A DNA stretch of 64,000 bases from an uncultured Bacteroides sp. (GCA_964634005.1 CAZWKQ010000004.1:42105-106104); one strand, 5' to 3'; positions 19,856-30,663 are shown, numbered from the stretch's first letter. Notes: generated by a model from the letters alone, not told the origin. Made by a program: numbers and translations.

Positions 19856-20413
19856 TTAATAAACTATTCTGCCTGCCTTAAAAAAGTACTTTTTGTAATA
19901 GTTCTCATCGAGATTGTTTACCATCACTCCTTTTGAAGTAGTTGCATGAATGAAATTCCCCTTACTGATGTAAATTGCTACATGAGAAACCTTATCACCG
20001 GATATTTTAAAAAACAACAAATCTCCTATTTTAAGATTTTCACGCTCAATTATGTTTGTTTTTGCCAGCATATCCTCCGATTTTCTGGGTAAATTTATAC
20101 CATAAACCTCTTTGAAAAATGTAATTACAAAACATGAACAATCGGTACCTTCTTTTGTACAACCTCCATATTTATATGGAACACCAATCCAATCAACAGC
20201 ATTAGATATAAATTTTGTATCCTCATCACCGGCAAGATTGTAGCCTAATTTTTGCGAAGCATTTAAATAAAAGTTATTTTTCTTTATCTCTTCTTCATTT
20301 GCGATTTTTGAAGGTTGTTTTATTTCTTTATGTGTCTTTGAAGTAGTTTTACAAGAATAAAATGTTATTAAAGAAATAAAAATAACAATTCCTGAAATGT
20401 AGTTCTTTCGCAT
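19856..20413 (-). CDS. NlpC/P60 (C40) family peptidoglycan peptidase lipoprotein
   Basis: 185 aa with a signal peptide and lipobox-like FYSC. Catalytic Cys region (GTDCSCFV) and His (VSHVAIYI) are as in NlpC/P60. Confidence 0.8.
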   Translation of the reverse strand: MRKNYISGIVIFISLITFYSCKTTSKTHKEIKQPSKIANEEEIKKNNFYLNASQKLGYNLAGDEDTKFISNAVDWIGVPYKYGGCTKEGTDCSCFVITFFKEVYGINLPRKSEDMLAKTNIIERENLKIGDLLFFKISGDKVSHVAIYISKGNFIHATTSKGVMVNNLDENYYKKYFFKAGRIVY

Positions 20414-20472
20414 TATTTTTTTGTTTAAAAATATCGTAATCTATTGAAACATAGAATTTAGGGATTAAACTA

Positions 20473-21855
20473 TTACACCATTTTTCTTGGATCGACCCAC
20501 ATGCTAAATTGTTCATCTGTTACCAAGCCCGATTCCAATGCCGCTTGCCTTAAGGTTATGTTTTTCTGATGAGCAGCTTTAGCGATTTTTGCTGCATTAT
20601 CATAACCTATGTGGGGATTAAGAGCAGTAACGAGCATAAGAGTATTATTTAGATTTTTGTTTATATTATCTAAATTTGGTTGAATACCAACAGCGCAATT
20701 ATCGTTGAACGAAACACAAGCATCTCCGAGCAATCGTGCTGACTGCAGGAAATTTAGAATAATCATAGGTTTAAATACGTGTAATTGAAAGTGACCATGT
20801 GTAGCTGCAATATTAATAGCGGCGTCATTTCCGATTACCTGTGCACAAACCATCGAAAGAGCCTCATTTTGAGTAGGATTTACTTTCCCCGGCATAATTG
20901 ATGAACCCGGTTCATTTTCGGGCAGAAAAATTTCGCCAATGCCGCAACGTGGTCCGGAAGCAAGTAATCGAGTATCGTTGGCAATTTTCATTAAACTAAC
21001 CGCAAGTGTTTTCAGTGCTCCTGAGGTTTCAACTATTGCATCATGGGCAGAAAGTGCTTCGAATTTGTTTGGAGCAGTTATAAAAGGATATCCTGTAAGT
21101 TCGGCAATTTTTTTTGCAACTAATACATCATAACCCTTAGGAGCATTTAAACCTGTACCAACAGCAGTGCCACCAAGTGCAAGTTCCGAAAGGTGAGGCA
21201 AAGTGTTTTTCAATGCAACCAACCCATGATCCAATTGCGATACATAAGCCGAAAACTCTTGTCCTAATGTAATTGGAGTTGCATCCATTAAGTGCGTTCT
21301 GCCTGTTTTAACTATATCTTTAAATGCTTCCGATTTTTCGGCTAATGTATTTCTAAGTTTCTCTATTCCCGGAATAGTAACATCAACAACCATCTTATAA
21401 CCTGCTATACTCATGGCAGTCGGGAAAGTATCATTCGAAGACTGTGATTTATTTACATCGTCATTTGGATGAATAATCGTTTTTTCTCCGAGTACTCCCC
21501 CATTCAGTACATGAGCTCTGTTTGCTATAACTTCATTAACATTCATATTACTTTGTGTACCCGAACCGGTTTGCCAAACAACCAATGGAAATTGATCATC
21601 TAACTTACCGGATAGAATTTCATCACAAACGGCAGTTATTAAATCACATTTTTCTTTGTTTAAAACTCCCAGTTCATAGTTTGTTAAAGCTGCTGCTTTC
21701 TTTAAAATTGCAAAAGCCCAAATTATTTCCTTTGGCATCGATGCCGGCTCGCCTATTTTAAAATTTTCGAGCGAACGTTGGGTTTGTGCACCCCAATATT
21801 TATCGGCCGGAACTTCAATAGTTCCCATTGTGTCTTTTTCTGTTCTGGTTTTCAT
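20473..21855 (-). CDS. fumC: Class II fumarate hydratase
   Basis: 460 aa with the signature [13 protein letters not shown] and the N-terminus [21 protein letters not shown]. Confidence 0.95.
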   Translation of the reverse strand: MKTRTEKDTMGTIEVPADKYWGAQTQRSLENFKIGEPASMPKEIIWAFAILKKAAALTNYELGVLNKEKCDLITAVCDEILSGKLDDQFPLVVWQTGSGTQSNMNVNEVIANRAHVLNGGVLGEKTIIHPNDDVNKSQSSNDTFPTAMSIAGYKMVVDVTIPGIEKLRNTLAEKSEAFKDIVKTGRTHLMDATPITLGQEFSAYVSQLDHGLVALKNTLPHLSELALGGTAVGTGLNAPKGYDVLVAKKIAELTGYPFITAPNKFEALSAHDAIVETSGALKTLAVSLMKIANDTRLLASGPRCGIGEIFLPENEPGSSIMPGKVNPTQNEALSMVCAQVIGNDAAINIAATHGHFQLHVFKPMIILNFLQSARLLGDACVSFNDNCAVGIQPNLDNINKNLNNTLMLVTALNPHIGYDNAAKIAKAAHQKNITLRQAALESGLVTDEQFSMWVDPRKMV

Positions 21856-21883
21856 TTTTTCATTGTTTAGTTATATAAAATTA

Positions 21884-22231
21884 CTAATTATTCAAAAAAT
21901 CACTAATTATTTCCGAATTTTCGGCAATTATGGCTTTATGTTCTCTTTCGATTATAGGTCTTTTAAGCAAATTTGGATGTTGAACAATAATATGCAGCCA
22001 TTCGTCTTCATTAAACATTTTACCCTTAAGCTGATTTTTATAAACTTCTTCTTGAGTGCGAACCATTTCCTTAGCTTCAATATGAAGTTTTATTTTAAGC
22101 AATTTTAAATCTTCAAAACTGAGTTTATTTTTCATGTATTCAACTATTTGAAAAGGCTTTCCGCTTTGCTTAACAAACTCTAAACCTTCTCTTGACTTTC
22201 GGCACCTTGAATTATGGTAAATCTTTATCAT
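21884..22231 (-). CDS. ArsC/Spx-family reductase-like protein
   Basis: I trimmed the start to the ATG at 22229-22231 (MIKIYHNSRCRKSREGLEF...). The track's longer start overlaps aroC and adds a nonsense-looking hydrophobic extension. The N-terminal C-x-x-S/R motif and LLKRPII are typical of the ArsC family. Confidence 0.7.
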   Translation of the reverse strand: MIKIYHNSRCRKSREGLEFVKQSGKPFQIVEYMKNKLSFEDLKLLKIKLHIEAKEMVRTQEEVYKNQLKGKMFNEDEWLHIIVQHPNLLKRPIIEREHKAIIAENSEIISDFLNN

Positions 22232-22250
22232 TTTTTTAAAATTAAAAAAG

Positions 22251-23318
22251 TTATAAACTATAAGTTTTGAATCTGAGTACATGGTCAGCCAGAATAATAG
22301 CAGCCATAGCTTCAACAATAGGCACTGCACGAGGAACAACACAAACATCGTGTCTGCCTTTTGGATAGATTATTGTTTTCTCTCCCGATTTAGTAATTGT
22401 TTCCTGTGGTATCATTACAGTAGATACCGGCTTAAATGCCACTCTGAAATATATTTCTTCTCCATTCGAAATTCCACCTTGAATTCCCCCTGAATTATTG
22501 GTTTTTGTAGTAAAATTTGCGTTAATAATGTCGTTATGCTCGGAGCCTTTCATTTCGGCACCATAAAAACCCGAACCATACTCAAATCCTTTAACTGCGT
22601 TGATACTTAGCATAGCCTTAGCTAAGTCGGCCTGTAATTTATCGAAAACCGGCTCCCCTAACCCAATGGGACAATTTATAATCGAACAATAAACGACTCC
22701 TCCCAAAGTATCACCTTTTTCCGAAGTTTCTTCTATCAGCTCCATCATCTTAGCCGATATTTCCATGTCAGGACATCTTACGGGGCTTGCTTCAATTTCT
22801 TTATCGGAATATTGTAAATGTCGGTTTAGTTTTATATTGCCTATTTGTTCGACATATGCCGATATTTTGATATTATAGTTTGATATTAGAATTTTAGCTA
22901 CGGCACCGGCAACAACTCTTGTTGCCGTTTCTCTGGCTGAGGCTCTTCCGCCACCTCTGAAATCGTAGTTGCCGAATTTTTGATAATAAGTAAAATCAGC
23001 ATGAGAAGGACGAAATTTATGCTCAATTTCATTATAATCGTCGGAAATTACATCTTTATTTTCTATCAAAAAGGCTAAAGGTGCACCGGTAGTTTTTTTA
23101 TTAAAAATACCTGAAATAAAAACAACTTTGTCATCTTCTTTTCTTGAAGTAGAATGTGCAAATTGAGACGGTTTGCGGCGGTTTAATTCACTTTGAATAA
23201 ATTCCTCATCAATATATACTTCCGAAGGACAACCGTCGATAACTCCTCCGATATATTTTCCGTGAGATTCGCCAAAAGTAGTTAAACGAAAGCAAACCCC
23301 TATTGAATTTCCGGCCAT
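22251..23318 (-). CDS. aroC: Chorismate synthase
   Basis: 355 aa with [22 protein letters not shown] and [13 protein letters not shown] motifs. Confidence 0.95.
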   Translation of the reverse strand: MAGNSIGVCFRLTTFGESHGKYIGGVIDGCPSEVYIDEEFIQSELNRRKPSQFAHSTSRKEDDKVVFISGIFNKKTTGAPLAFLIENKDVISDDYNEIEHKFRPSHADFTYYQKFGNYDFRGGGRASARETATRVVAGAVAKILISNYNIKISAYVEQIGNIKLNRHLQYSDKEIEASPVRCPDMEISAKMMELIEETSEKGDTLGGVVYCSIINCPIGLGEPVFDKLQADLAKAMLSINAVKGFEYGSGFYGAEMKGSEHNDIINANFTTKTNNSGGIQGGISNGEEIYFRVAFKPVSTVMIPQETITKSGEKTIIYPKGRHDVCVVPRAVPIVEAMAAIILADHVLRFKTYSL

Positions 23319-23391
23319 TATTATTTTTTATTTATCATACAAATTTAAAATTATTTTCAATAGTATTTAAAAATTTAAGATGGTTTTATTA

Positions 23392-23448
23392 TTAACCCAA
23401 ATTAATTTCATTAGGGAACTGCGTTCCTAATGAAAAATTTGGGATTAA
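23392..23448. terminator. Nested inverted repeat / terminator carrying the TTAACCCAAATT module (copy A)
   Basis: Outer arms are TTAACCCAAATT (23392-23403) and AATTTGGGATTAA (23436-23448). The inner hairpin is TCATTAGGGAAC-TGC-GTTCCTAATGA (23408-23433) with one bulged G. It lies directly downstream of the stop of the 23451-24302 gene on the minus strand. Confidence 0.6.
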
Positions 23449-23450
23449 TC

Positions 23451-24302
23451 TCATTTTTTGTATGACACGCCAATAATATTGGGAATTTTACGAAACTGAC
23501 TATTACGATCATGAGCAAAAGTTCGGCTTACGTAACTACCGATTTTTTCCATTTCAAAACTTCCGTTATTGAAATAGAAAGACGCTTCAGGTCCTCCTTC
23601 AAGATATACTGCCGACTTTATATTTAAAGGCATTTGAAGCAGAAAATGACTAAACTCATTGGGAGTGAAAGGGGAACGTGAAAAAATTATTAAAATATTG
23701 TTATCCTTATCGGTAGCCAAAGAAATTATACTCGAACGCATTTTAAACTTTTGTTTCCAGTGTACTGCTTTTGAATCTCCATCTATTAATCTCATGCATT
23801 GTGTAAAGCTATTGTACTTATTTTTGTAAAAATTCCAGTTATCTTTTTCCAAATCCACAATTTTCAATGGGACTTCACTTGTATCTTTAGGATTGAAAGC
23901 AACTACTGCTTTATAATTTTCCTTTAATTCAGAATTATTCACATGTTTATAATTCGACATATAACCAACATTCATAAGCTTGTTTTTGCCTCCGTACATA
24001 CCCGCGTTAATTCCTATTATTAAGTCTTTTAAAATACACCAATCTTTAACAGTTCGTTGAAGGCTGTCGTTTTCGGTTGCAACAATTAAATGAAAATCAT
24101 AAAGTTTAGGTTCTATTTTTAATAAATTGATTTTATAATCCCCTATTTTTGTTATTTTGGGAGCTTGGATTTCACAATATTGAATACCTTCATCCAAATT
24201 ACTCCAATTAATTTTTTTTTGTTTGATATTACCGATTGAGTGCCCAAATCCGAAAAGAATAAAAGTTATCAGTATTAAAAGTATTATAAATCTGTATTTC
24301 AT
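23451..24302 (-). CDS. Secreted hypothetical protein, possibly phosphodiester glycosidase (DUF2233/NAGPA-like) family
   Basis: 283 aa with an N-terminal signal/anchor. The motifs GINAGMYG and AVYLEGGPEAS resemble the family, but the assignment is from memory of family motifs only. Confidence 0.4.
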   Translation of the reverse strand: MKYRFIILLILITFILFGFGHSIGNIKQKKINWSNLDEGIQYCEIQAPKITKIGDYKINLLKIEPKLYDFHLIVATENDSLQRTVKDWCILKDLIIGINAGMYGGKNKLMNVGYMSNYKHVNNSELKENYKAVVAFNPKDTSEVPLKIVDLEKDNWNFYKNKYNSFTQCMRLIDGDSKAVHWKQKFKMRSSIISLATDKDNNILIIFSRSPFTPNEFSHFLLQMPLNIKSAVYLEGGPEASFYFNNGSFEMEKIGSYVSRTFAHDRNSQFRKIPNIIGVSYKK

Positions 24303-24373
24303 TCGATTTTAAGTTATTTTTTCAAAATTACAACAGAAATTAATTTGCTCAATAATATTTTGTTCTTATTTGG

Positions 24374-24381
24374 TATTTTTG
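24374..24381 (+). promoter_or_regulatory. -7 promoter box (TATTTTTG) for the cca-like gene
   Basis: Exact TAnnTTTG match 14 nt upstream of the TTG start. Confidence 0.4.
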
Positions 24382-24395
24382 CAAAAAATAGATAA

Positions 24396-25823
24396 TTGAA
24401 AGAAAAATTAATACATCCTGTTTTAAAAAAGATATCCGAAATAGCCGACGAAAGAGGAGTTGACTGCTATGTTGTTGGCGGTTACGTAAGAGATATAATT
24501 ATGAACCGTCCATCGGTAGATATTGATGTAGTTGTAGTTGGCAGCGGTATTGAACTTGCCCGCAAAGTTGCATCAGCTCTTAGCATAAAATCTCAACTTA
24601 ATGTTTTCAAAAATTTTGGAACTGCAATGTTTCATTATCATTATGGCGGACGTTTATGGCAAATAGAATTTGTTGGAGCAAGAAAAGAATCATACAGAGC
24701 CGATTCAAGGAAACCAATAATTGAAAACGGAACTCTTGAAGATGACCAAAACCGCAGAGATTTTACAATCAACTCATTAGCAATAAGTTTAAATAAAAAA
24801 ACATACGGGAATTTAATTGACTCTTTTGGAGGTGTAAAAGATATTGAAAACAAAATTATTAGAACTCCTCTTGACCCTGATATAACATTTTCGGACGACC
24901 CGTTGCGAATTTTAAGAGCTGTCAGATTTGCTTCACAGCTCGATTTTTCTATTGAACATAACACATTTGAAGCTATCAAGAGAAATGTAAATCGACTTGA
25001 TATTATTTCATCAGAAAGAATTACAGAAGAATTAAATAAACTTATACTTTCGCCAAAACCGTCAATAGGCTTCAGATTGCTATATGAAAGCAGCATATTG
25101 TCAAAAATTTTTCCAGAGATGGTTGAACTTAGAGGAACTGAAATTATTGACGGTAAGGCACATAAAGATAATTTTTTTCATACTTTACAAGTACTTGACA
25201 ATGTTGCCCGAAAATCGGACAATTTATGGCTCAGATGGGCTGCAATTCTTCATGATATTGCAAAACCATTGACTAAAAAGTATGTAAAAGATATAGGCTG
25301 GACATTTCACTCTCACGAATATATAGGAGCTAAAATGGTTTCACGCATTTTCAAAAGATTTAAACTTCCTCTAAACGAAAAAATGAAATATGTAGAAAAA
25401 CTTGTTTTGCTTCATCTTCGACCAATAGTTTTATCCGAGAGCGTAGTTACCGATTCTGCCGTAAGAAGGCTCTTATTCGAAGCAGGCGACGATATTGACG
25501 ACTTAATGCTACTTTGTGAAGCAGATATTACTTCGAAAAACCAACAAAAAATTAAGAAATATCTCGAAAATTTCGAGATTGTGAGAAGTAAACTGATTGA
25601 AATTGAAAATAAAGACAAAATACGTAATTTTCAACCTCCTATTACCGGCGAGGATATAATGAATTATTTTGATATTCAGCCATGTAAGGCAATAGGGATT
25701 ATTAAAAATACAATTAAAGAAGCTATTTTGGAAGGAACAATAGGAAATAATCGCGAAGAAGCATGGAAACTAATGATTTCTGAAGGCGAGAAATTAAATC
25801 TAAAAGGCAGAAATAATGTATGA
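24396..25823 (+). CDS. cca: tRNA nucleotidyltransferase (CCA-adding)/poly(A) polymerase family protein with C-terminal HD domain
   Basis: 475 aa with GGYVRD, DIDVVV and RRDFTINSLA head-domain motifs plus an HD region (LHDIAKP). It uses a TTG start; the first in-frame ATG lies after the GGYVRD motif. Confidence 0.8.
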   Translation: MKEKLIHPVLKKISEIADERGVDCYVVGGYVRDIIMNRPSVDIDVVVVGSGIELARKVASALSIKSQLNVFKNFGTAMFHYHYGGRLWQIEFVGARKESYRADSRKPIIENGTLEDDQNRRDFTINSLAISLNKKTYGNLIDSFGGVKDIENKIIRTPLDPDITFSDDPLRILRAVRFASQLDFSIEHNTFEAIKRNVNRLDIISSERITEELNKLILSPKPSIGFRLLYESSILSKIFPEMVELRGTEIIDGKAHKDNFFHTLQVLDNVARKSDNLWLRWAAILHDIAKPLTKKYVKDIGWTFHSHEYIGAKMVSRIFKRFKLPLNEKMKYVEKLVLLHLRPIVLSESVVTDSAVRRLLFEAGDDIDDLMLLCEADITSKNQQKIKKYLENFEIVRSKLIEIENKDKIRNFQPPITGEDIMNYFDIQPCKAIGIIKNTIKEAILEGTIGNNREEAWKLMISEGEKLNLKGRNNV

Positions 25824-26730
25824 TAAAAACAAAACTCTTATTGTAATTGTAGGACCGACTGCAGTCGGAAAGACAAAAGCAGCAATTGAAGTTGCAGAGT
25901 ATTTCGATACAGAAATTATCTCGGCCGATTCTCGTCAATTTTTCAAAGAACTTAAGATTGGAGTAGCCAGCCCTTCCAAAAGTGAATTAAACAGAGTAAA
26001 ACACCACTTTATTGCCAATAAAAGTATTCACGATTATTATAACGTTTACAAATACGAAAACGAAGCTCTCGATTTAATTTCGATACTTTTCGAAAAACAC
26101 GATTTCATAGTACTTACAGGAGGTTCAGGGTTGTATGTTGATGCAGTCTGCAAGGGTATTGATGAATTACCCGACCCCGATGAAACGCTTAGAAACGAAC
26201 TTTTAGCAAAATTCAAAGAAAACGGAATTGAGTATTTAAGACAACAATTGAAGATATTGGATGAAGAATACTACTATTCAGTCGATTTGGCAAATCATAA
26301 AAGATTACTGCGTGCCATTGAGGTTTGTTTAACTACAGGTAAAACCTTTTCTTCACTAAGAAAAAATACTTTTAAAACTCGTCCTTTCAATATCATAAAA
26401 ATAGGGTTAAATATGGAAAGAACGATTCTTTATGAAAGAATAAACACCAGAGTTGATAATATGATCGAAAACGGACTGATTAACGAAGTTGAAAATCTTC
26501 TTCCGTTCAAACATTTAAATGCCCTAAATACAGTCGGATATAAAGAACTTTTTGAATACTTTGACGGAAAAGTAAAAATTGAAGAAGCAACAGAAAATAT
26601 TAAAACACATACAAGACGCTACGCAAAAAGGCAACTGACTTGGTTTTTCAGAGATAAAGACATTAAATGGATTGATATAAAGGCAAACGACAATATAATT
26701 CCCGATGTACTGTCAACTATTCCAAAATAA
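25816..26730 (+). CDS. miaA: tRNA dimethylallyltransferase
   Basis: 304 aa with the P-loop GPTAVGKT, DSRQFFKEL, and a C-terminal YAKRQLTWF. It overlaps the preceding gene by 8 nt. Confidence 0.93.
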   Translation: MYDKNKTLIVIVGPTAVGKTKAAIEVAEYFDTEIISADSRQFFKELKIGVASPSKSELNRVKHHFIANKSIHDYYNVYKYENEALDLISILFEKHDFIVLTGGSGLYVDAVCKGIDELPDPDETLRNELLAKFKENGIEYLRQQLKILDEEYYYSVDLANHKRLLRAIEVCLTTGKTFSSLRKNTFKTRPFNIIKIGLNMERTILYERINTRVDNMIENGLINEVENLLPFKHLNALNTVGYKELFEYFDGKVKIEEATENIKTHTRRYAKRQLTWFFRDKDIKWIDIKANDNIIPDVLSTIPK

Positions 26731-26737
26731 TTATCTC

Positions 26738-26804
26738 TTAACCCAAATTGTTCAATAAAGAAAATCTTTATTGAACAATCGAATAAAAAGATTTTTGGGT
26801 TTAA
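26738..26804. terminator. Nested inverted repeat / bidirectional terminator carrying the TTAACCCAAATT module (copy B)
   Basis: The left arm is TTAACCCAAATT (26738-26749). The inner perfect 12-bp hairpin is TTGTTCAATAAA...TTTATTGAACAA (26748-26778). The right arm is TTTGGGTTTAA (26794-26804). It lies between convergent miaA and leuS. Confidence 0.65.
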
Positions 26805-26808
26805 TAGT

Positions 26809-29592
26809 TTATACTACAATATTTACAATTTTTTTATTCACAATAATAACTTTTTTGGGAGTTTTACCCATTAGCCATTTTTGTGAATCGGGATTTGAAA
26901 GTACAGCCTTTTCGATTTCTTCATTTGTAGCATCAACCGAAAATTCCATTTGAAAACGCATTTTACCGTTGAAAGAGATTGGATAAACAAAAGTATTCTC
27001 AATCAGGAAATCTTCGTTATAAACGGGATATTCGGCGTAAGTAATACTGTTTTTATTACCGAGTCTTTCCCATAGTTCTTCGGCAATATGCGGAGCATAA
27101 GGAGAAATCAATACCAATAATGGTTTTAGGATGTCAATTTTATTACATTTCAGTTCTGTCAATTCATTTACACAAATCATAAATGAACTTACAGCAGTAT
27201 TGAATGAAAAACGCTCAATATCTTCGGTAACTTTTTTGATTGTACGGTGTAATATCTTAAGTTCCTCTTTATCAGGTTCTTCATCAGACAATTTTAAGCT
27301 ATTATTTTCATCGATAAATAATTTCCAAAATTTTCTCAAAAAACGAAAAACTCCTTCAATACCTTTGGTATCCCATGGTTTAGATTGCTCGAGCGGACCT
27401 AAAAACATTTCGTACATTCTAAGAGTATCGGCACCATAACGTTTAACCAAATCATCGGGGTTTTGCACATTATGCAACGATTTCGACATCTTTTCAACTT
27501 CCCATCCACACCTGTATTTTCCTTCTTCTAAAATAAATTCGGCATTTTTAAATTCGGGCATCCACTCACGAAATTTATCAATATCAAGAATATCAGAATC
27601 AACTATATTAATATCGACATGCAATTCCTGAGTGTCGTAACCGTCCTTTAATCCGTAAGAAACAAATGTATTAGTTCCTTTGATTCGGTAAACCAAGCTG
27701 GATCTACCTTGAATCATCCCTTGGTTAATAAGTTTTTGAAATGGTTCATCAACGACGCTGAGGCCGATATCATAAAGAAATTTATTCCAGAATCGAGCAT
27801 AAATAAGATGACCTGTGGCATGTTCGGCTCCGCCTATGTACAAATCCACATTTTTCCAGTATTCTACGGCTTCTTTCGAAAAAATTTCTTTGTCATTCCT
27901 TGCATCCATATAACGCAGATAGTAAGCACTTGAACCTGCAAATCCCGGCATTGTGTTTGTTTCAAGCGGATATCCATCTTTTGTATGCCAGTTTTTAGCC
28001 CTTGCCAAAGGTGGCTCCCCTGTTTCAGTAGGTAAATAAGAGTCAATTTCAGGAAGATGCAGCGGGAGTTCACTCTCATCGAGCATATAAGGAACTCCAT
28101 CTTTGTAATATACGGGAAATGGCTCGCCCCAATAACGTTGGCGACTGAATATTGCATCACGCAAACGATAATTGATTGTCCTTTTCCCAATTCCGTTATT
28201 TTCGAGATATTCTATTACAGCTTCAGCACCTTTTTTAACGGTCATTCCATTTATGAATCCCGAATTAATGCAAGTACCCTGTTTTGAATCCTTTGCATCG
28301 TCCCATAATTCAGGATTTTCAGGACTTTCACCCTCAGGAACTATAACTTGAATTATGGGCAAATTAAAATGACGTGCAAAAGCAAAATCACGGCTATCGT
28401 GTCCCGGAACAGCCATAATAGCACCGGTGCCATAACCTGACAATACATAATCGGAAACCCAAACATGTATTTTATCACCGTTAATGGGATTTATGGCAAA
28501 AGCTCCAGTGAATACACCCGAAATTTTATTTACTTCTGCTTGCCTTTCACGTTCCGAACGGTTTTTAGCCCAATTTACATAATTTGTAACATTCTCTAAA
28601 TTATCATCAGTTGTAATTTGCTCAATAAGCTCATGTTCAGGGCATAAAACCATAAAAGAAACTCCAAAAATTGTATCAGGGCGGGTAGTAAAAATTTTTA
28701 TTCCAAGTTCACTACCTTCAATTTTGAAAACAGCTTCGGCTCCTTCCGATTTCCCTATCCAGTTTCTTTGAATCTCTTTAATCGAATCACTCCAATCAAT
28801 TCTGTCTAAGCCTTCAAGTAAACGTTCGGCATAGGCTGATATTCTTAAAGACCACTGTTTCATTAACTTTCTTTCGACAGGATATCCACCTCTGACCGAT
28901 AATCCACCAACAACCTCATCGTTTGCAAGGACAGTACCTAACTTTGGACACCAATTAACCATTGTATCAGACAAATAAGCTAATCGGTAATTCATCAGAA
29001 TTTCCTGTTGTTTTTTCTCAGGCATAGCTTTCCACATTTCAGGAGTAAATATCTCACAATCAACCCCATAAGCATTACAATTAACACTCCCATGCTCTTC
29101 GAAATGCTTTATTAAGTTATTAATATGTATGGCTTTATTATACTTTTTATCGTAATAATGATTAAAAAGCTGAATAAATGTCCATTGAGTCCATTTATAA
29201 TAAGACGGATCGCAAGTTCTTACCTCTCTGTCCCAATCGAAAGAAAAACCGATTTTATCTAATTGTTCTCTATAACGTGCAATATTTTTTTCAGTAGTAA
29301 TTGCAGGATGTTGCCCTGTTTGTATGGCATACTGCTCAGCAGGTAAACCATAAGCATCATAACCCATAGGATGCAATACATTAAACCCTTTATGACGCTT
29401 ATACCTCGAATAAATATCAGAAGCTATATAACCCAATGGATGTCCGACATGTAGCCCTGCACCCGATGGATACGGAAACATATCCAATACATAATATTTT
29501 GGTTTATCCGATTTATTTTCAGCTTTAAAAGTTTTATTATTTCGCCAATATTCCTGCCATTTCTTTTCTATTTCTACAAAGTTATATTCCAT
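26809..29592 (-). CDS. leuS: Leucyl-tRNA synthetase
   Basis: 927 aa with the HIGH-type motif (LHVGHPLGY) and the KMSKS motif ([10 protein letters not shown]). Confidence 0.96.
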   Translation of the reverse strand: MEYNFVEIEKKWQEYWRNNKTFKAENKSDKPKYYVLDMFPYPSGAGLHVGHPLGYIASDIYSRYKRHKGFNVLHPMGYDAYGLPAEQYAIQTGQHPAITTEKNIARYREQLDKIGFSFDWDREVRTCDPSYYKWTQWTFIQLFNHYYDKKYNKAIHINNLIKHFEEHGSVNCNAYGVDCEIFTPEMWKAMPEKKQQEILMNYRLAYLSDTMVNWCPKLGTVLANDEVVGGLSVRGGYPVERKLMKQWSLRISAYAERLLEGLDRIDWSDSIKEIQRNWIGKSEGAEAVFKIEGSELGIKIFTTRPDTIFGVSFMVLCPEHELIEQITTDDNLENVTNYVNWAKNRSERERQAEVNKISGVFTGAFAINPINGDKIHVWVSDYVLSGYGTGAIMAVPGHDSRDFAFARHFNLPIIQVIVPEGESPENPELWDDAKDSKQGTCINSGFINGMTVKKGAEAVIEYLENNGIGKRTINYRLRDAIFSRQRYWGEPFPVYYKDGVPYMLDESELPLHLPEIDSYLPTETGEPPLARAKNWHTKDGYPLETNTMPGFAGSSAYYLRYMDARNDKEIFSKEAVEYWKNVDLYIGGAEHATGHLIYARFWNKFLYDIGLSVVDEPFQKLINQGMIQGRSSLVYRIKGTNTFVSYGLKDGYDTQELHVDINIVDSDILDIDKFREWMPEFKNAEFILEEGKYRCGWEVEKMSKSLHNVQNPDDLVKRYGADTLRMYEMFLGPLEQSKPWDTKGIEGVFRFLRKFWKLFIDENNSLKLSDEEPDKEELKILHRTIKKVTEDIERFSFNTAVSSFMICVNELTELKCNKIDILKPLLVLISPYAPHIAEELWERLGNKNSITYAEYPVYNEDFLIENTFVYPISFNGKMRFQMEFSVDATNEEIEKAVLSNPDSQKWLMGKTPKKVIIVNKKIVNIVV

Positions 29593-29623
29593 AGTTTTTA
29601 TTATTCAATTTCACTGATTTTTT

Positions 29624-29639
29624 TAATTTTGCAAAAGTA
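29624..29639. promoter_or_regulatory. Back-to-back -7 boxes TAATTTTG|CAAAAGTA (candidate divergent promoters for ftsX and leuS)
   Basis: The plus strand reads TAATTTTG at 29624-29631. It is followed immediately by CAAAAGTA at 29632-29639, which is TACTTTTG on the minus strand, about 40 nt upstream of the leuS ATG. Confidence 0.35.
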
Positions 29640-29758
29640 GGAAAATGAATGATAAATCAAAAACTCAAAGAGTTTTGTAATATAAGGTGTTTTTACTAAA
29701 ACTCTGTACTACCATCGACTATAAAAAACTTTGTTTAATTTAGCAACTTTACGATAAT

Positions 29759-30634
29759 ATGAAAAATCAGGAAGAAAAGTACAATAAAAGACGATTAATA
29801 AATGCTTATATCAGTTCGGTAGTAAGCATTTCGTTGGTATTATTTATGCTTGGTTTGTTAGGATTAATAATTTTTCACGCAAAAAAAATATCAAACCAGG
29901 TTAAGGAAAATATTGGCTTTTCTATTTATATGAAAGACTCAGCTAAAGAAGCTAATATAATAAAGTTTCAGAAATACCTCGATATATGCCCTTATACAAA
30001 ATCGACACAATATATTACAAAAGAACAGGCAGCCAAAGAATTGTCAAAAGACTTGGGCGAAGATTTTATGAGCTTTCTTGATTATAACCCTCTTCCGGCA
30101 ACAATTGATGTAAGATTAAATGCAAATTATGCCAACAACGACAGTTTAAAAATTATTGAGGCTAATATATTGAAAAACGATATAGTTAAAGAGGTTTACT
30201 ATCAAAAAAATCTTGTTCAGAAAGTTAATGATAATATAAAGAGAATCAGTGTTTTTATTTTGTCATTCAGCTCAATTTTTATTTTAATAGCGATAATTTT
30301 GGTAAATAACACCATAAGACTTTCAATTTACTCGAAACGCTTTATTATCAGAACTATGCAATTAGTTGGAGCAAATTCTGCATTTATAAGGAAGCCTTTT
30401 TTACAAAAAAGTATTTTAACCGGATTTATAAGTTCGATAGCCGCAATTGCTGTTTTATTCGGAGTGCTTTTGCTCATACGCGAACATTTGCCCGAGGTGA
30501 TAAACATGCAGGAAATTGACTCATATTTACTTGTATTTGTAGCTGTTTTAATATTGGGAATATCGTTTTCTGTTGTTTCAACATATTTTGCAGTAAGAAA
30601 ATATTTAAAAATCAAAACAGACAGTTTATATTAA
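29759..30634 (+). CDS. ftsX: Cell division protein FtsX-like permease
   Basis: 291 aa with TM1, a periplasmic domain and three C-terminal TM helices of the FtsX fold (RTMQLVGANSAFIRKPF). No ftsE is adjacent. Confidence 0.8.
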   Translation: MKNQEEKYNKRRLINAYISSVVSISLVLFMLGLLGLIIFHAKKISNQVKENIGFSIYMKDSAKEANIIKFQKYLDICPYTKSTQYITKEQAAKELSKDLGEDFMSFLDYNPLPATIDVRLNANYANNDSLKIIEANILKNDIVKEVYYQKNLVQKVNDNIKRISVFILSFSSIFILIAIILVNNTIRLSIYSKRFIIRTMQLVGANSAFIRKPFLQKSILTGFISSIAAIAVLFGVLLLIREHLPEVINMQEIDSYLLVFVAVLILGISFSVVSTYFAVRKYLKIKTDSLY

Positions 30635-30663
30635 AAAATTTATAATTTTGTAAAAAAAAGTCT

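Noticed and set aside
22232-22348. A 39-codon N-terminal extension of the ArsC-family ORF that overlaps the 3' end of aroC.
   Set aside because: The extension is a hydrophobic low-complexity read-through of the aroC antisense frame region. The conserved ArsC-type N-terminus (MIKIYHNSRC) starts at 22231.
29660-29704. Three copies of AAAACTC/GAGTTTT able to form alternative hairpins, an attenuator-like layout, between leuS and ftsX.
   Set aside because: The stems are only 7 bp and mostly A/T. There is no leader peptide and no T-tract. The element lies upstream of, not within, the leuS leader.
29593-29758. A T-box or other leader upstream of leuS.
   Set aside because: The predicted leuS leader is only about 30-40 nt, and no specifier or T-box sequence is evident. 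T-boxes are not expected in Bacteroidota.
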